A stretch of DNA of 64,000 nucleotides from Minisyncoccota bacterium (GTDB taxonomy: Bacteria; Patescibacteriota; Minisyncoccia; Phycocordibacterales; UBA12088). Below the pieces are notes generated by a model. It searched no databases. It worked only from the letters and a program-made list of their open reading frames with translations, and was not told the DNA's origin. This document shows, piece by piece, positions 48,435 through 58,511 of this stretch; the first letter of the stretch is position 1; each line of letters opens with the position of its first letter. The stretch lies in assembly GCA_041908795.1 (NCBI GenBank), contig JAYRER010000048.1:18413-82412 (forward strand), written 5' to 3'. Both the position numbers and the translations under genes were made by a program.

Positions 48435-49040
48435 TTATGCCGCACGTACTTCAATGAGTGTACCGCGTCGTCCCGGTACGGCGCCCTCGAGAATAAGTTG
48501 TCCACGCTCATTGTCAACCGCGAGCACCTTGAGGTTTTTCACCGTCACACGCGTCCCTCCTGTGCGACCTGCCATACGCATACCCTTCGGTACACGAGTA
48601 CGCAAGCCACCGCCTATCGAACCCGGCTGTCGCGCATTGTGCTTTTGACCGTGAGATGCGGGACCTCCCGAAAACCCGTGACGCTTGATGACACCTTGGA
48701 ACCCTTTCGCTTTTGAAATGCCTGACACGGCAACCACGTCACCAGGAGCAAATGCATCCGCCACACCGTAGGTGCTCCCTGCCTCCGGCGCACTCACATC
48801 GTCCGTAAACCGATACTCACAAAAGTGGCGGAACAAGCCCTTGGTGCGTTGTGCCTTATGCACGTGAGACTCCTTTTTCGCGCCATAGCCCACCTGCACC
48901 GCTCGGTAGCCATCCTTTTCCAGAGTCTTCACCTGCGTCACTGTCATAGGCCCCACCTTGAGAATGGTCGCCGGATGTACCCTGCCGTCCTTGTCGAAAA
49001 CCTGGGTCATTTCTTCTTTTGTAGCTAAAATGAATTTCAT
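48435..49040 (-). CDS. rplC: 50S ribosomal protein L3
   Basis: 201 aa, GISKAKGFQGVIKRHGFSGGPASHG. Confidence 0.95.
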   Translation of the reverse strand: MKFILATKEEMTQVFDKDGRVHPATILKVGPMTVTQVKTLEKDGYRAVQVGYGAKKESHVHKAQRTKGLFRHFCEYRFTDDVSAPEAGSTYGVADAFAPGDVVAVSGISKAKGFQGVIKRHGFSGGPASHGQKHNARQPGSIGGGLRTRVPKGMRMAGRTGGTRVTVKNLKVLAVDNERGQLILEGAVPGRRGTLIEVRAA

Positions 49041-49374
49041 GCTTGTCTTTGATTCCTACGTATCGTGGACCTAAAAAAAATCGTTACCCTGCACTTTCGA
49101 AGAAAATACTATCCGAAACAACCGATAGAGATTGCGACACACCGCAACGTGTTGCGTCTGCAATGCTTAGAAAGGCTTAGAAAGTGCAGGATTGTAGAAG
49201 AATATAGTCGCTTTGCTCCTTATTCTTCTACAAAAATCGCCCATACCGGACCAGTCGCCGGTAAGGCGGAAAGTCCAGTGGTTTTTGGCTCTGTTGAGCC
49301 GAAAACATGGAGTTAGCAACAGTGCTAACCTATGAGCCCATGCACTATACAGGAACTATGTGTGGGATGCAAAT

Positions 49375-49403
49375 TTGACATAAATTATGTTGGATAGTAT
49401 AAT
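49375..49403 (+). promoter_or_regulatory. Consensus sigma70-type promoter TTGACA-17 nt-TATAAT on the plus strand, inside the rplC-rpsJ gap
   Basis: ttgacataaattatgttggatagtataat read directly. It matches the canonical -35/-10 hexamers exactly with 17-nt spacing, followed by AGGAG (49428-49432) and TTG at 49441. Confidence 0.5.
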
Positions 49404-49440
49404 ATCAACAGTAGTTCGCCACCACCGAGGAGTACGCAAA

Positions 49441-49671
49441 TTGGACATTGCGGTTCAGGGTGTTGCTGCGGTTATCACGTTCTTCTTTGCAGTGCGTGCG
49501 TTTGTGAAGGAGGAAAAGCGCAGTGCGGTATACGCGTTTTTTGGGCTCGCGTGGCTCATGTTCTGGTGCGCGTACCTCGATTGGCTCGAGATCCTCCACT
49601 GGGTGATGGACGCCACCTGTCTGTTTTTTGGTGCTTGCCTCCATATGTTCTTCATAAAAAAAATGTTGTAG
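49441..49671 (+). CDS. Small hydrophobic membrane protein (about 76 aa) on the strand opposite the flanking ribosomal genes
   Basis: The track ORF 49387-49671 begins inside the promoter spacer. TTG at 49441 has a GAGGAG SD 8 nt upstream. The product has 2-3 TM helices. Confidence 0.4.
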   Translation: MDIAVQGVAAVITFFFAVRAFVKEEKRSAVYAFFGLAWLMFWCAYLDWLEILHWVMDATCLFFGACLHMFFIKKML

Positions 49672-49742
49672 GCACCAACATGGTCTTGCTTCCAACCAAC
49701 AACCGCCCTTTCGGGCGGTTGTTCTGTTGTATTCTTTTGTCC

Positions 49743-50108
49743 TTAGCTCATCTTCACATCTATGTTCACGCCGCTCGGGAGAGACAGATTCGTGAGTGCC
49801 TCGATGATTTTTGGATTCGGATTCAAGATATCAATCACCCGCTTGTGTACCCGCATCTCGAACTGCTCTCGCGCGTCCTTGTGGACGAATGCGGCTCGGT
49901 TTACGGTATACTTCTTTATTTCGGTAGGGAGCGGCACGGGACCGACCACCTTTGCGTCGTAGCGAAGCGCGGTATCCATGATTTGTTTGATGCTCGCGTC
50001 AAGGATTTTATGCTCGTACGCGCGAATGCGGATGCGAAGCTTCGCGCCCTCACCCGTTACGGGCTTCACTGCACGGGTACGCTTTGCTTTTGTTGTGGCG
50101 GTGGTCAT
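49743..50108 (-). CDS. rpsJ: 30S ribosomal protein S10
   Basis: IRIRAYEHKILD...GPVPLPT. Confidence 0.95.
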   Translation of the reverse strand: MTTATTKAKRTRAVKPVTGEGAKLRIRIRAYEHKILDASIKQIMDTALRYDAKVVGPVPLPTEIKKYTVNRAAFVHKDAREQFEMRVHKRVIDILNPNPKIIEALTNLSLPSGVNIDVKMS

Positions 50109-50128
50109 AGTGAGAAAATAGTAGAAGA

Positions 50129-51334
50129 CTATGCCGTGACCTTGGTGACGACACCCGCACCAACAGTCTTACCTCCCTCGCGGATGGCAAAGCGTTGCTG
50201 TGCTTCGAGTGCGACAGGGGCGACAAGTTTAACCTTGAACGTCACCGTATCACCCGGCATTACCATCTCTACACCCTCAGCGAGTGTCACTTCACCCGTC
50301 ACGTCTGTCGTACGGATGTAGAACTGGGGCTTGTAGCCTGTGAAAAAAGGCGTGTGACGGCCACCCTCTTCCTTCTTGAGGATGTATACCTCGCTCTCGA
50401 AGTCGGTGTGTGGGGTAACTGAGCCGGTCTTTGCGAGCACTTGACCGCGGTGCACATCTTCCTTCTTCGTGCCTCGAAGGAGCACGCCTGCATTGTCACC
50501 TGCGCGTCCCTCGGTAAGTTGTTTGTTGAACATCTCGATACCCGTCACGGTAGTCTTTGTGGTGGGCTTGATGCCGACGATTTCTACTTCCTCGCCGACC
50601 TTCACTATACCGCGTTCAACGCGGCCGGTAACCACCGTACCCCTACCTTCGATGGAGAAGATGTCTTCGATGGGCATGAGGAACGGCTTCTCAACATCGC
50701 GCACCGGCTCGGGAATGTACGAGTCGAGCGTGTCGATGAGCTCGGTGATTTTCTTTGCCCACTCATCGTCGGCCGACTTCGCCTCGAGCGCTTTGAGGCC
50801 CGAGCCGCGGATGACGGGAGCGTTCTTGCCGTCGAAGCCGTGCTTGTCGAGGAGTTCACGGAGCTCTTCCTCAACGAGATCAAGCATGTCCGGGTCGTCC
50901 ACCATGTCGCACTTGTTCAAAAATACGATGATTTTGGGTACGCCTACCTGGCGAGCGAGGAGCACGTGCTCTTTCGTCTGGGGCATCGCGCCGTCGGTCG
51001 CCGCAACCACCAAGACCGCACCGTCCATTTGAGCGGCGCCGGTAATCATGTTCTTGATGTAGTCGGCGTGGCCGGGAGCGTCAATGTGCGCGTAGTGGCG
51101 GTTCGGACTCTCGTACTCACTGTGGTGGAGTGCAATAGTAATACCGCGCGCCTTTTCCTCGGGCGCATTATCAATGCCGTCAACACCCTCAACACGGGCG
51201 CTGTAGCCCTTGTCCTTGGCGAGGTTGCCAAGCACGTGAAGGATTGCGGCGGTGGTGGTGGTCTTTCCGTGGTCAACGTGGCCTATGGTGCCGACGTTCA
51301 CGTGAGGCTTAGACCTGTCGAATGCTTCTGCCAT
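50129..51334 (-). CDS. tuf: Elongation factor Tu
   Basis: 401 aa, [21 protein letters not shown]. Confidence 0.98.
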   Translation of the reverse strand: MAEAFDRSKPHVNVGTIGHVDHGKTTTTAAILHVLGNLAKDKGYSARVEGVDGIDNAPEEKARGITIALHHSEYESPNRHYAHIDAPGHADYIKNMITGAAQMDGAVLVVAATDGAMPQTKEHVLLARQVGVPKIIVFLNKCDMVDDPDMLDLVEEELRELLDKHGFDGKNAPVIRGSGLKALEAKSADDEWAKKITELIDTLDSYIPEPVRDVEKPFLMPIEDIFSIEGRGTVVTGRVERGIVKVGEEVEIVGIKPTTKTTVTGIEMFNKQLTEGRAGDNAGVLLRGTKKEDVHRGQVLAKTGSVTPHTDFESEVYILKKEEGGRHTPFFTGYKPQFYIRTTDVTGEVTLAEGVEMVMPGDTVTFKVKLVAPVALEAQQRFAIREGGKTVGAGVVTKVTA

Positions 51335-51516
51335 GGTCTTTTTGTTAATTCTGCGCTCCTTACGGAATTCAGGGCGCGAGAATGCCTCAACTCCGGAAGG
51401 TGCAAGCTAATAACGCCGGACGCGCCACCATTACGGCGACAAAAAAACACGCCCAGTGCGATACGTGCATCGTACCGTACCCGGGCGTGAAGTCAAGCGT
51501 TTGTGGTGGTGGTGGA

Positions 51517-52008
51517 TTAGTGGAGCACACGACGTTGCGGATCTCCTTGGCCAAGAGTGGCATCAGAATGAGGCAAGCCTTCATCGTACACACCATCTTC
51601 CGGTGTGTATGCGACTGCGAGATACTCTTGCCTGTCCATAACAATAGGTGTTCCGGCGACGATCGAAAGGAGGAGTGCTTGCCCCATGAATGTATAGGAG
51701 GTTACGCCCTCGCGATCTTCACACACCGTACGGAGGCACGGTACTCCCTTGAAAATTGCTTTCTTGAGAAGAATTCGCCGCACCTTGTTACTTGGCACCT
51801 CACGTGTGCCAAAAGATGCCTCGCAAACTAAAGTAGGCCCCGTATGAGATGACGGCATAACTCCCGCCAACGCCGCCATAATCGCACGTACCTCTTCCAC
51901 TCGAAGATGCACGCGCAGTTCGCGATGCGGCTCTCCTTGTGTTCGAAGCGCCACCACGCCATCGCGTCCAACACTCGTGACTCGTAGTGTAACTTGTGTG
52001 TCTTGCAC
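51517..52008 (-). CDS. Hypothetical protein, possibly a divergent bifunctional-nuclease (DUF151/BFN)-like domain, inserted between fusA and tuf
   Basis: GTG start with a strong SD (gaaAAGGAGatcagcGTG). Weak BFN-like pattern EVRAIMAALAGVMPSSHTGP ... GQALLLSIVAGTPIVMD. Confidence 0.5.
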   Translation of the reverse strand: MQDTQVTLRVTSVGRDGVVALRTQGEPHRELRVHLRVEEVRAIMAALAGVMPSSHTGPTLVCEASFGTREVPSNKVRRILLKKAIFKGVPCLRTVCEDREGVTSYTFMGQALLLSIVAGTPIVMDRQEYLAVAYTPEDGVYDEGLPHSDATLGQGDPQRRVLH

Positions 52009-52108
52009 GCTGATCTCCTTTTTCTAAACACCAAACCAGAGGAGAAGGTACCACACAACGCTGGTCGTCACAACGCACCAATTCTTTGGGGGTTCTGCAA
52101 GAGGCAAC

Positions 52109-54253
52109 CTACCCCCTCGCTTTCACAATCTCTGCCGCAACGTTTGGTGGCACGACTGCATAGTGATCAAACTCCATGGTCATGTTGCCACGCCCCTCGG
52201 TCATTGAACGGAGTGTGGTGGTGTAGCCGAACATCTCCGAGAGCGGTACTTTGGCGTTCACCGCAACCGCCATGCCGCGCGGCTCGCTCCCCTCGATTTG
52301 CCCGCGCTTGCTTGCCAAATGACCGTTGATGTCGCCCATAAATTTCTCCGGTACCACCACCTCCACCTTCATCACCGGCTCAAGAAGAACAGCGCCGGCT
52401 TTCTTGGCAGCCTCTTGAAACGCCTGACTTCCTGCGATTTTGAAAGCGATTTCGCTCGAGTCCACTTCGTGGTAGCTCCCATCAAAGAGGTCGCATGAGA
52501 CATCCACCATCTTGTAGCCCGCAACGACACCGCGGTCCATCGCCTCACGCACACCCTTCTGTACCGCCGGAATGTACTCCTGTGGAATCACACCTCCTTT
52601 GATGTTGTTCACAAACTCAAAATGGTCCTCACGCGAAACGTTATTGGGACGCTTTGCACCCTCCACCTCCTGTTGGAGCGGACGAAGCTTGAGCTTCACA
52701 TGTCCGTACTGGCCACGACCACCTGTTTGCTTGATGTACTTACACTCTGCCTCAGCCTCACGTTGAATGGTCTCACGGTACGCAACTTGTGGGCGACCCG
52801 TGTTCGCTTCAACCTTAAACTCCCGCTTCATGCGATCCACAAGAATTTCCAAGTGTAGCTCACCCATACCGGAAATTATTGTTTCACCCGTCTCCTCGTC
52901 TGACGTAATGCGGAATGTCGGATCTTCATCGGCGAGCTTCTTAAGTGCCATTCCCATTTTCTCTTGGTCTTGCTTTGTTTTCGGTTCGATACGCACAGAC
53001 ACCACCGGCTCGGGGAATACAATTTGCTCAAGAATAACAGGATTCGACTCATCTGAGAGTGTATGCGAGGTTTTTGTATCTTTTAGTCCTACCGCAGCAG
53101 CTATTTCTCCCGCAAACACTTTTTTCACATCTTCGCGCTTGTCCGCCTGGAGGCGCACAATGCGTCCGATACGCTCCTTATCACCCGTAGTGGTGTTCAA
53201 GATGTAGGATCCGGCCTCAAGGGTGCCGGAGTAAACACGGAAAAAAGTGAGCGCACCTACAAATGGATCCGTTTGGAGCTTGAACGCAAGAGCGCAGAAA
53301 GGTTCGTCATCGGAGGGGGCCCGTGTGACTTCCGCGCCCGTCTTTGGATCAGTACCCTTCACGGGAGGAAGGTCGAGCGGACTCGGAAGAAAATCAACGA
53401 CCGCATCAAGAACCGGTTGCACTCCTTTGTTTTTGAGTGCAGAACCGCAGAATACGGGAAAAATTTGGTTTGCGATAACCGCCTTCCGCAGGAGCTTTTT
53501 AAGCTCGTCGACCGAGGGCTCGTTACCCTCAAGGTAGTTATTCATCGCTTGTTCATCGTTTTCAACAATTCGCTCAATGAGCTCGGCTCGGTATTTCTCG
53601 ACATCCGCCTTCAAGTGTTCCGGCACTTCCACCATGGTGACGTTTTCTCCCATTTTTCCTTCATAATGGAAAGCTTTTCTTGTGAGGAGGTCGATTTGAC
53701 CATTATGTTGATCCTCTTCTCCAATGGGAATTTGCATGCGAACCGCAAGCTTTGAGAGGCGGTCGAGGATACTCGCATAGCTTCGCTCGAAAGATGCTCC
53801 GGTACGATCGAGCTTGTTGATGAAACAGAGGCGCGGTACATTCGCTTCATCAGCGTACCGCCAGTTGGTCTCACTCTGCGGCTCAACACCCGCCACACCG
53901 TCGAATACAACAACTGCACCGTCGAGTACACGCATTGAACGCTTTACTTCTGCCGTAAAATCGATGTGACCCGGAGTGTCAATAATATTGAAACGTGCTT
54001 TTTTGTTTTGATCTTTCGCATCGTCGCCGATTTTCGTCCAGAAGCAGGTGATTGCCGCTGAGGTTATGGTGATACCGCGCTCACGCTCCTGCTCCATCCA
54101 GTCGGTGACCGTATCGCCCTCGTGTACCTCGCCTATTTTATGACTCATGCCCGTATAGAAGAGTACACGCTCCGATGTGGTGGTCTTCCCCGCGTCGATA
54201 TGGGCAATGATGCCGAAGTTACGAACTCGCTCAAGTGGGTAATCTCTGTTCAT
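52109..54253 (-). CDS. fusA: Elongation factor G
   Basis: 714 aa, [17 protein letters not shown]. Confidence 0.98.
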   Translation of the reverse strand: MNRDYPLERVRNFGIIAHIDAGKTTTSERVLFYTGMSHKIGEVHEGDTVTDWMEQERERGITITSAAITCFWTKIGDDAKDQNKKARFNIIDTPGHIDFTAEVKRSMRVLDGAVVVFDGVAGVEPQSETNWRYADEANVPRLCFINKLDRTGASFERSYASILDRLSKLAVRMQIPIGEEDQHNGQIDLLTRKAFHYEGKMGENVTMVEVPEHLKADVEKYRAELIERIVENDEQAMNNYLEGNEPSVDELKKLLRKAVIANQIFPVFCGSALKNKGVQPVLDAVVDFLPSPLDLPPVKGTDPKTGAEVTRAPSDDEPFCALAFKLQTDPFVGALTFFRVYSGTLEAGSYILNTTTGDKERIGRIVRLQADKREDVKKVFAGEIAAAVGLKDTKTSHTLSDESNPVILEQIVFPEPVVSVRIEPKTKQDQEKMGMALKKLADEDPTFRITSDEETGETIISGMGELHLEILVDRMKREFKVEANTGRPQVAYRETIQREAEAECKYIKQTGGRGQYGHVKLKLRPLQQEVEGAKRPNNVSREDHFEFVNNIKGGVIPQEYIPAVQKGVREAMDRGVVAGYKMVDVSCDLFDGSYHEVDSSEIAFKIAGSQAFQEAAKKAGAVLLEPVMKVEVVVPEKFMGDINGHLASKRGQIEGSEPRGMAVAVNAKVPLSEMFGYTTTLRSMTEGRGNMTMEFDHYAVVPPNVAAEIVKARG

Positions 54254-54414
54254 AGTGTAATTACAGCTGTATGTCTTAATGATAGTGACTCGAAGGCCGT
54301 GAATAAAAAACGCGCCCTGCGCTTAGGAAGCACTATACAGGCTTTTTGCTCACCGCTCAAGCGCGACCAGTGAGACGTGCGTGCGGGTGTAAAAACATCT
54401 CGAAAGAGATATTT

Positions 54415-54885
54415 TTACCACGCGAAGTGTGCAAACGCACGGTTTGCTTCCGCCATGCGATGGGTCTCCTCTCGCTTTTTGAAAGCGGAGCCTTCGCTCT
54501 TTGAAGCCGCAATAAGTTCGTCAGCCAAGAACTGCGCCGCAGGTGCACCGTTCTTTGAACGGGTCGCGGCGATAATCCAACGCATTGCAAGGGCACGGCG
54601 TCGCTCAGGGCGAACCTCACGTGGCACTTGGTAGTTAGCGCCCCCAACACGGCGACTACGCACCTCAACGGTCGGTCCCACGTTGCGAATTGCTGCCTCG
54701 AACACCTCGAGTGGGTTCTCAACCTGCGCTTTCTCCTTTATGATATCAAGTGCGCCGTAAACCACCTTGCGAGCGGCTTCCTTCTTTCCGTCCCACATGA
54801 GGGAGTTAATGAACTTCGCAAGCTCCGCGCTCTTGTAACGCTCGTCAGGTTGCACGGGAATCTTCTTTTTAAGTGGTCTCCTCAT
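54415..54885 (-). CDS. rpsG: 30S ribosomal protein S7
   Basis: 156 aa S7 fold (KFINSLMWDGKK...). Confidence 0.95.
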   Translation of the reverse strand: MRRPLKKKIPVQPDERYKSAELAKFINSLMWDGKKEAARKVVYGALDIIKEKAQVENPLEVFEAAIRNVGPTVEVRSRRVGGANYQVPREVRPERRRALAMRWIIAATRSKNGAPAAQFLADELIAASKSEGSAFKKREETHRMAEANRAFAHFAW

Positions 54886-54908
54886 AAGATAAACATTGAT
54901 CTCTCTTT

Positions 54909-55325
54909 TTACTTCGCCGCCTTTGGTTTCTTGGCACCGTACATGGAACGACCTTTACGACGTTTGTCGACACCTGCCGCGTCAAGTTTACCGCGAACAA
55001 TAGTGTAGCGGATGTTGACGTCCTTCACACGACCGCCGCGCACCAAGACCACTGAGTGCTCTTGCAGGTTGTGTTTCTCACCCGGGATATACGCAGACAC
55101 CTCCATACCGTTACTCAAACGCACGCGAGCATACTTACGGATAGCGGAGTTCGGCTTGCGAGGAGTTTTAGTCGTCACCTTCACACAAACCCCACGTTTG
55201 AACGGCGCCGGGTAGTACGTCGGGTGATTCTTAAGCACATTAAAACCGCGTCCAAGCGCGGGCACCTTCGACTTGCGCACACGATCTTTGCGCGGGCTTC
55301 GTACGAGTTGATTGATGGTCGCCAT
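54909..55325 (-). CDS. rpsL: 30S ribosomal protein S12
   Basis: [13 protein letters not shown]...PKKPNSA. Start trimmed to the MATINQ ATG (55325). Confidence 0.95.
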   Translation of the reverse strand: MATINQLVRSPRKDRVRKSKVPALGRGFNVLKNHPTYYPAPFKRGVCVKVTTKTPRKPNSAIRKYARVRLSNGMEVSAYIPGEKHNLQEHSVVLVRGGRVKDVNIRYTIVRGKLDAAGVDKRRKGRSMYGAKKPKAAK

Positions 55326-55448
55326 GAGAAAATATCGGTACAAAAAACTGCGGTTTCGCAGTGGAGGTACTGTACTACATGCCATAATGAAACGCAAGGT
55401 GTACACAATGAACACACGTCGCACACCCCACCGTCGCGCTTCGTCGCC

Positions 55449-56093
55449 CTAGAACGGAGGCGTCTCACCTGTAAGCAGGACAAACACAATTCGTACGAGG
55501 TAGCTGATGACGGGACTTATGAACTGTACAAGGAGAAACAGGACGAGGAACAGTGCGAGGAGCCCGTACCGGTACATGAACTGTTCAATGGAATCAAACA
55601 CCCGCCCCGCATGGTGTGGGAGCACACTGCGGAGTAGCTTCGACCCGTCAAGGGGAGGTATGGGAATGAGGTTGAAAATGGCGAGTAAAATATTTACCAC
55701 CACAATGAGACTTGCGAGTTCACCGAACACCGGTGGTATCACCGGGCCCGCAAAACGCACGATCAAGCCGAAGAGGACTGCGAGCAGAATGTTGACCCCG
55801 GGCCCGGCACCCGCGACGAGCGCTTCCCCCCACTTTTGGTTTTTCAAATTGTATTGGTTGTACGGAACGGGCTTCGCCCACCCAAATAAAAATGGTGAGT
55901 GGGTGAGCACAAGAAGGCCGGGAATGAGAATGGAACCAACGAGGTCAATGTGTGGTACAGGATTGAGAGTCAGCCGCCCTGCGTAGCGTGCGGTGTGATC
56001 ACCCAGCGCATCCGCCATGTAGCCATGGGAAACCTCATGGAGGATGATAGAGAAAATAAGTATGAGAAAGAAAAAAATATCGACGGGGTTCAT
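55449..56093 (-). CDS. Site-2 protease family zinc metalloprotease (M50)
   Basis: HEVSHG (HExxH) in a TM helix, polytopic, with a second LDG motif (PPLDGS). Confidence 0.8.
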   Translation of the reverse strand: MNPVDIFFFLILIFSIILHEVSHGYMADALGDHTARYAGRLTLNPVPHIDLVGSILIPGLLVLTHSPFLFGWAKPVPYNQYNLKNQKWGEALVAGAGPGVNILLAVLFGLIVRFAGPVIPPVFGELASLIVVVNILLAIFNLIPIPPLDGSKLLRSVLPHHAGRVFDSIEQFMYRYGLLALFLVLFLLVQFISPVISYLVRIVFVLLTGETPPF

Positions 56094-56175
56094 ATCGGTT
56101 GCATTTAGTGAACACTATGCTACCATGTCGCAACGTCGGAAACTAGTTAGTCAAACCCGGCACCACAAAGAAAGT

Positions 56176-56418
56176 ATGGCAAAAAAATGCGCAGTCACAG
56201 GGAAAACCTCTCAAGTCGGAGGAAAGTACAGTAACCGTGTCCGCGCGACGCAGTTTAACCCTACCGGCACCACGAGGCGTAAAGTAAACCTCCTCAAGCG
56301 GCGCATATTTGTGCCTGAACTAGGCGAGTACCGCACACTCACCATCTCCACGAAGGCGCTCAAGACGATCAACAAGAAAGGTGCGTACACGACGCTTAAG
56401 AAGAGCGGCCTACTGTAG
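56176..56418 (+). CDS. rpmB: 50S ribosomal protein L28
   Basis: MAKKCAVTGKTSQVGGKYSNRVRATQFNPTGTTRRKVNL. Start trimmed from the track's 56044. Confidence 0.9.
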   Translation: MAKKCAVTGKTSQVGGKYSNRVRATQFNPTGTTRRKVNLLKRRIFVPELGEYRTLTISTKALKTINKKGAYTTLKKSGLL

Positions 56419-57033
56419 GAACGTCGCGTCGGTCCTCTGCTCGCTGTTTGATGCGAGACCTACGGGAACCTCGGTCACAAGAGGGCCTTTTTGTTTATAA
56501 CCACCATTTCTTTGCACGAGAGCAACCATAAGCGCGTCTTTGACGGCGTTTGGGTGTGGTACCTGCCTCATGATGAAATCGTCGCTTATCGAAGCGGTTT
56601 GAATGCGTACATTTCCGAAGTTGAGCCATGTCGCGATGAGACCCGAGACCTCGTATGTCACGTCTTGTATACGGTCGAGCGGAAAGCTCGAGACCTGTCG
56701 TATGAAAAAACCCTTTTGCTCCACATCGATGATGCGTCGATTCGTCACAATCCACACATCGAGCCAATGGTCACTCCATACCGCAAAGAACTTCATCCAA
56801 AGAAAAAGTCCAACAGTTGCCACCACGAACACCCCCAGCACTCCCGCAACGCCCCTGCTCACAAGCGTATCGGGAAGTGTGAGTGCAAACACCTCGCCCG
56901 CCAAGACCACAAGAACTGTGAGCAGGAACACCAGACCAAGCCCCGCAGCTTCGACTGCAACACGAAACCAATGGCGCCGCACCGTGCGAAGGATAGTCTC
57001 ATCGGGATGAAGTGGTACAAGAGCGCTTAGCAT
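56410..57033 (-). CDS. Membrane protein with a bacterial PH domain (YdbS/YdbT, DUF304-like)
   Basis: Two TM helices followed by a PH-like domain (NRRIIDVEQKGFFIRQVSSFPLDRIQDV). Confidence 0.5.
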   Translation of the reverse strand: MLSALVPLHPDETILRTVRRHWFRVAVEAAGLGLVFLLTVLVVLAGEVFALTLPDTLVSRGVAGVLGVFVVATVGLFLWMKFFAVWSDHWLDVWIVTNRRIIDVEQKGFFIRQVSSFPLDRIQDVTYEVSGLIATWLNFGNVRIQTASISDDFIMRQVPHPNAVKDALMVALVQRNGGYKQKGPLVTEVPVGLASNSEQRTDATFLQ

Positions 57034-57052
57034 GATGAAGAAGCTAGGAGCG

Positions 57053-57265
57053 TTAGAGAAACGTGGCGGTGAGTGCAGCGCCCACCATGAGCATGATGAA
57101 ACCGAGACTCACCAAAAGGTAGAGTACGGCGTTTGCGGCGGTTGTGAATCTGCCCGTCCCATACTTCTTCCAGTGCCAAAGGAGAATGGTACTGTACACA
57201 CCATAGAAGGTAATGATGAGAAATGTCGCAAACCAAAGGACGGAGATGGGGAGGTCGGAATTCAT
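57053..57265 (-). CDS. Small membrane protein (70 aa, 2 TM)
   Basis: Hydrophobic ORF directly upstream of, and co-oriented with, the PH-domain gene. No SD. Confidence 0.3.
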   Translation of the reverse strand: MNSDLPISVLWFATFLIITFYGVYSTILLWHWKKYGTGRFTTAANAVLYLLVSLGFIMLMVGAALTATFL

Positions 57266-57398
57266 GGGTGGTGTAGGTAGAAGTATAGCATCGGTTCACT
57301 CCCTGCAGGCAAAGACTTCTCTCTAATGTGTCACACCCTGCACAATGCTAACTTCTACTGTTCGGAATTTACATATGGTTGCATGGTACATGCTAGAC

Positions 57399-57426
57399 TT
57401 CACAATCGCTAAGACCGTGGTAAAAT
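57399..57426 (+). promoter_or_regulatory. Putative promoter TTCACA-16 nt-TAAAAT upstream of the esterase gene
   Basis: Read directly. It is about 38 nt upstream of the ATG at 57464, in an AT-rich intergenic region. Confidence 0.35.
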
Positions 57427-57463
57427 AATAGTTCTGAGATAAACAACCAAAATTAACAATCAT

Positions 57464-58453
57464 ATGTATACGCCTAGACTTTTTTTAAAAACACACTTTC
57501 TGGTACCAGTGGGTTTAGTAGCGCTCCTTATCTTTACGTCATGTGGAGTTTCATTTGCTCAGACAGCAAATAGTTTTCCAGGCGCGTCTACAAGTAGCAA
57601 CCTTTCAACTAACGCCATGACGGTGGAAACACGGTCAATGGTTATTAACGGAGCGAAGCGAACATATCAGATACAAAAACCAACCGGCACCGATGTACGG
57701 TATCCGGTTGTGATTGTGATGCACGGTGGTGGGGGTAGCATAGAGGATGCGCTCGTGTTGTCAGGCTTCCCGGCGCTTGCTCAGCGCGAAAAATTCATAC
57801 TTGTGGCACCTCAAGGACTTAAAGGTGGTTGGGATGCGGTTTCAAAGACGGGAAGTGCGGGAGATGTCAAGTTTATTGGAAAAATCATCGATACTGTCGT
57901 AGCAAAAGATTATGCAGACAAGACTCGTATATTTGCGACCGGAATGTCCGCGGGTGGCGCTATGTCGTTTCTTTTGGGTTGCGAGATGAGCGATCGAATT
58001 GCCGCTATTGCGCCAGTGGGAATTCTCATGCATAAGGATCTTGCTAAATATTGCAAACCTTCGAGACCTCTACCTATTATGGTAGTGCACGGTACGGCAG
58101 ACACGCACGTGCCCGCAGGAGGTGGCACTTTGAAGTATGCGACATACCACGAAGTTCTTTCTCAAAAAAATACTTTAACGTTTTGGGCTACACGTAATGG
58201 CTGCTTCAGTGGTGTGAGTGGTGCCAATCTTGAAAATACGAGTAAAACTGACCGTTCAACGGTGACCAAATATACGTATAAAAAATGTAAGAACGGCGTC
58301 GAAACATTGTTCTATGAGGTGAGAGGCGGAGGTCACACATGGCCTGGCGGTAACATGCCATTTTTGATTGGACTTCTCCTTGGAGTAACCAACAAAGACA
58401 TGAACGCTACGGAAACTATTTGGAAATTCTTTAACAACGTTGGTCACAAGTAG
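57464..58453 (+). CDS. Secreted alpha/beta-hydrolase esterase, PHB-depolymerase/LpqC-like family
   Basis: Signal peptide plus lipobox-like TSCG. VIVMHGGGGS, GxSxG as GMSAGG. The gene is conspicuously AT-rich (about 45% GC) relative to its flanks. Confidence 0.75.
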   Translation: MYTPRLFLKTHFLVPVGLVALLIFTSCGVSFAQTANSFPGASTSSNLSTNAMTVETRSMVINGAKRTYQIQKPTGTDVRYPVVIVMHGGGGSIEDALVLSGFPALAQREKFILVAPQGLKGGWDAVSKTGSAGDVKFIGKIIDTVVAKDYADKTRIFATGMSAGGAMSFLLGCEMSDRIAAIAPVGILMHKDLAKYCKPSRPLPIMVVHGTADTHVPAGGGTLKYATYHEVLSQKNTLTFWATRNGCFSGVSGANLENTSKTDRSTVTKYTYKKCKNGVETLFYEVRGGGHTWPGGNMPFLIGLLLGVTNKDMNATETIWKFFNNVGHK

Positions 58454-58511
58454 TGGGATTCTTAACTGATGGCAGAGATATTCACATTCATGTATTTTAT
58501 AGAGCGTTAGT

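Noticed and set aside
49270-49330. GGAAAGTCCAG resembles the RNase P RNA P4 motif GGAAAGUCCGG
   Set aside because: No other RNase P conserved regions were found nearby (AGGGUGAAA, ACAGAAcCCGGCUUA). Kept only as part of the structured rplC-rpsJ spacer finding.
49387-49440. ATG at 49387 as the start of the small plus-strand membrane ORF
   Set aside because: The ATG lies inside the spacer of the consensus TTGACA/TATAAT promoter, so it would not be transcribed. The downstream TTG with SD is preferred.
51335-51516. tRNA gene cluster upstream of tuf, as in many bacteria
   Set aside because: No cloverleaf or GTTCGAATC T-loop was detectable. The only tRNA found in the window is Ser-GCT at 1952-2041.
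51382-51831. 149-aa plus-strand ORF between tuf and fusA
   Set aside because: It overlaps in antisense the better-supported minus-strand gene with a strong SD, and its Cys-rich composition is odd.
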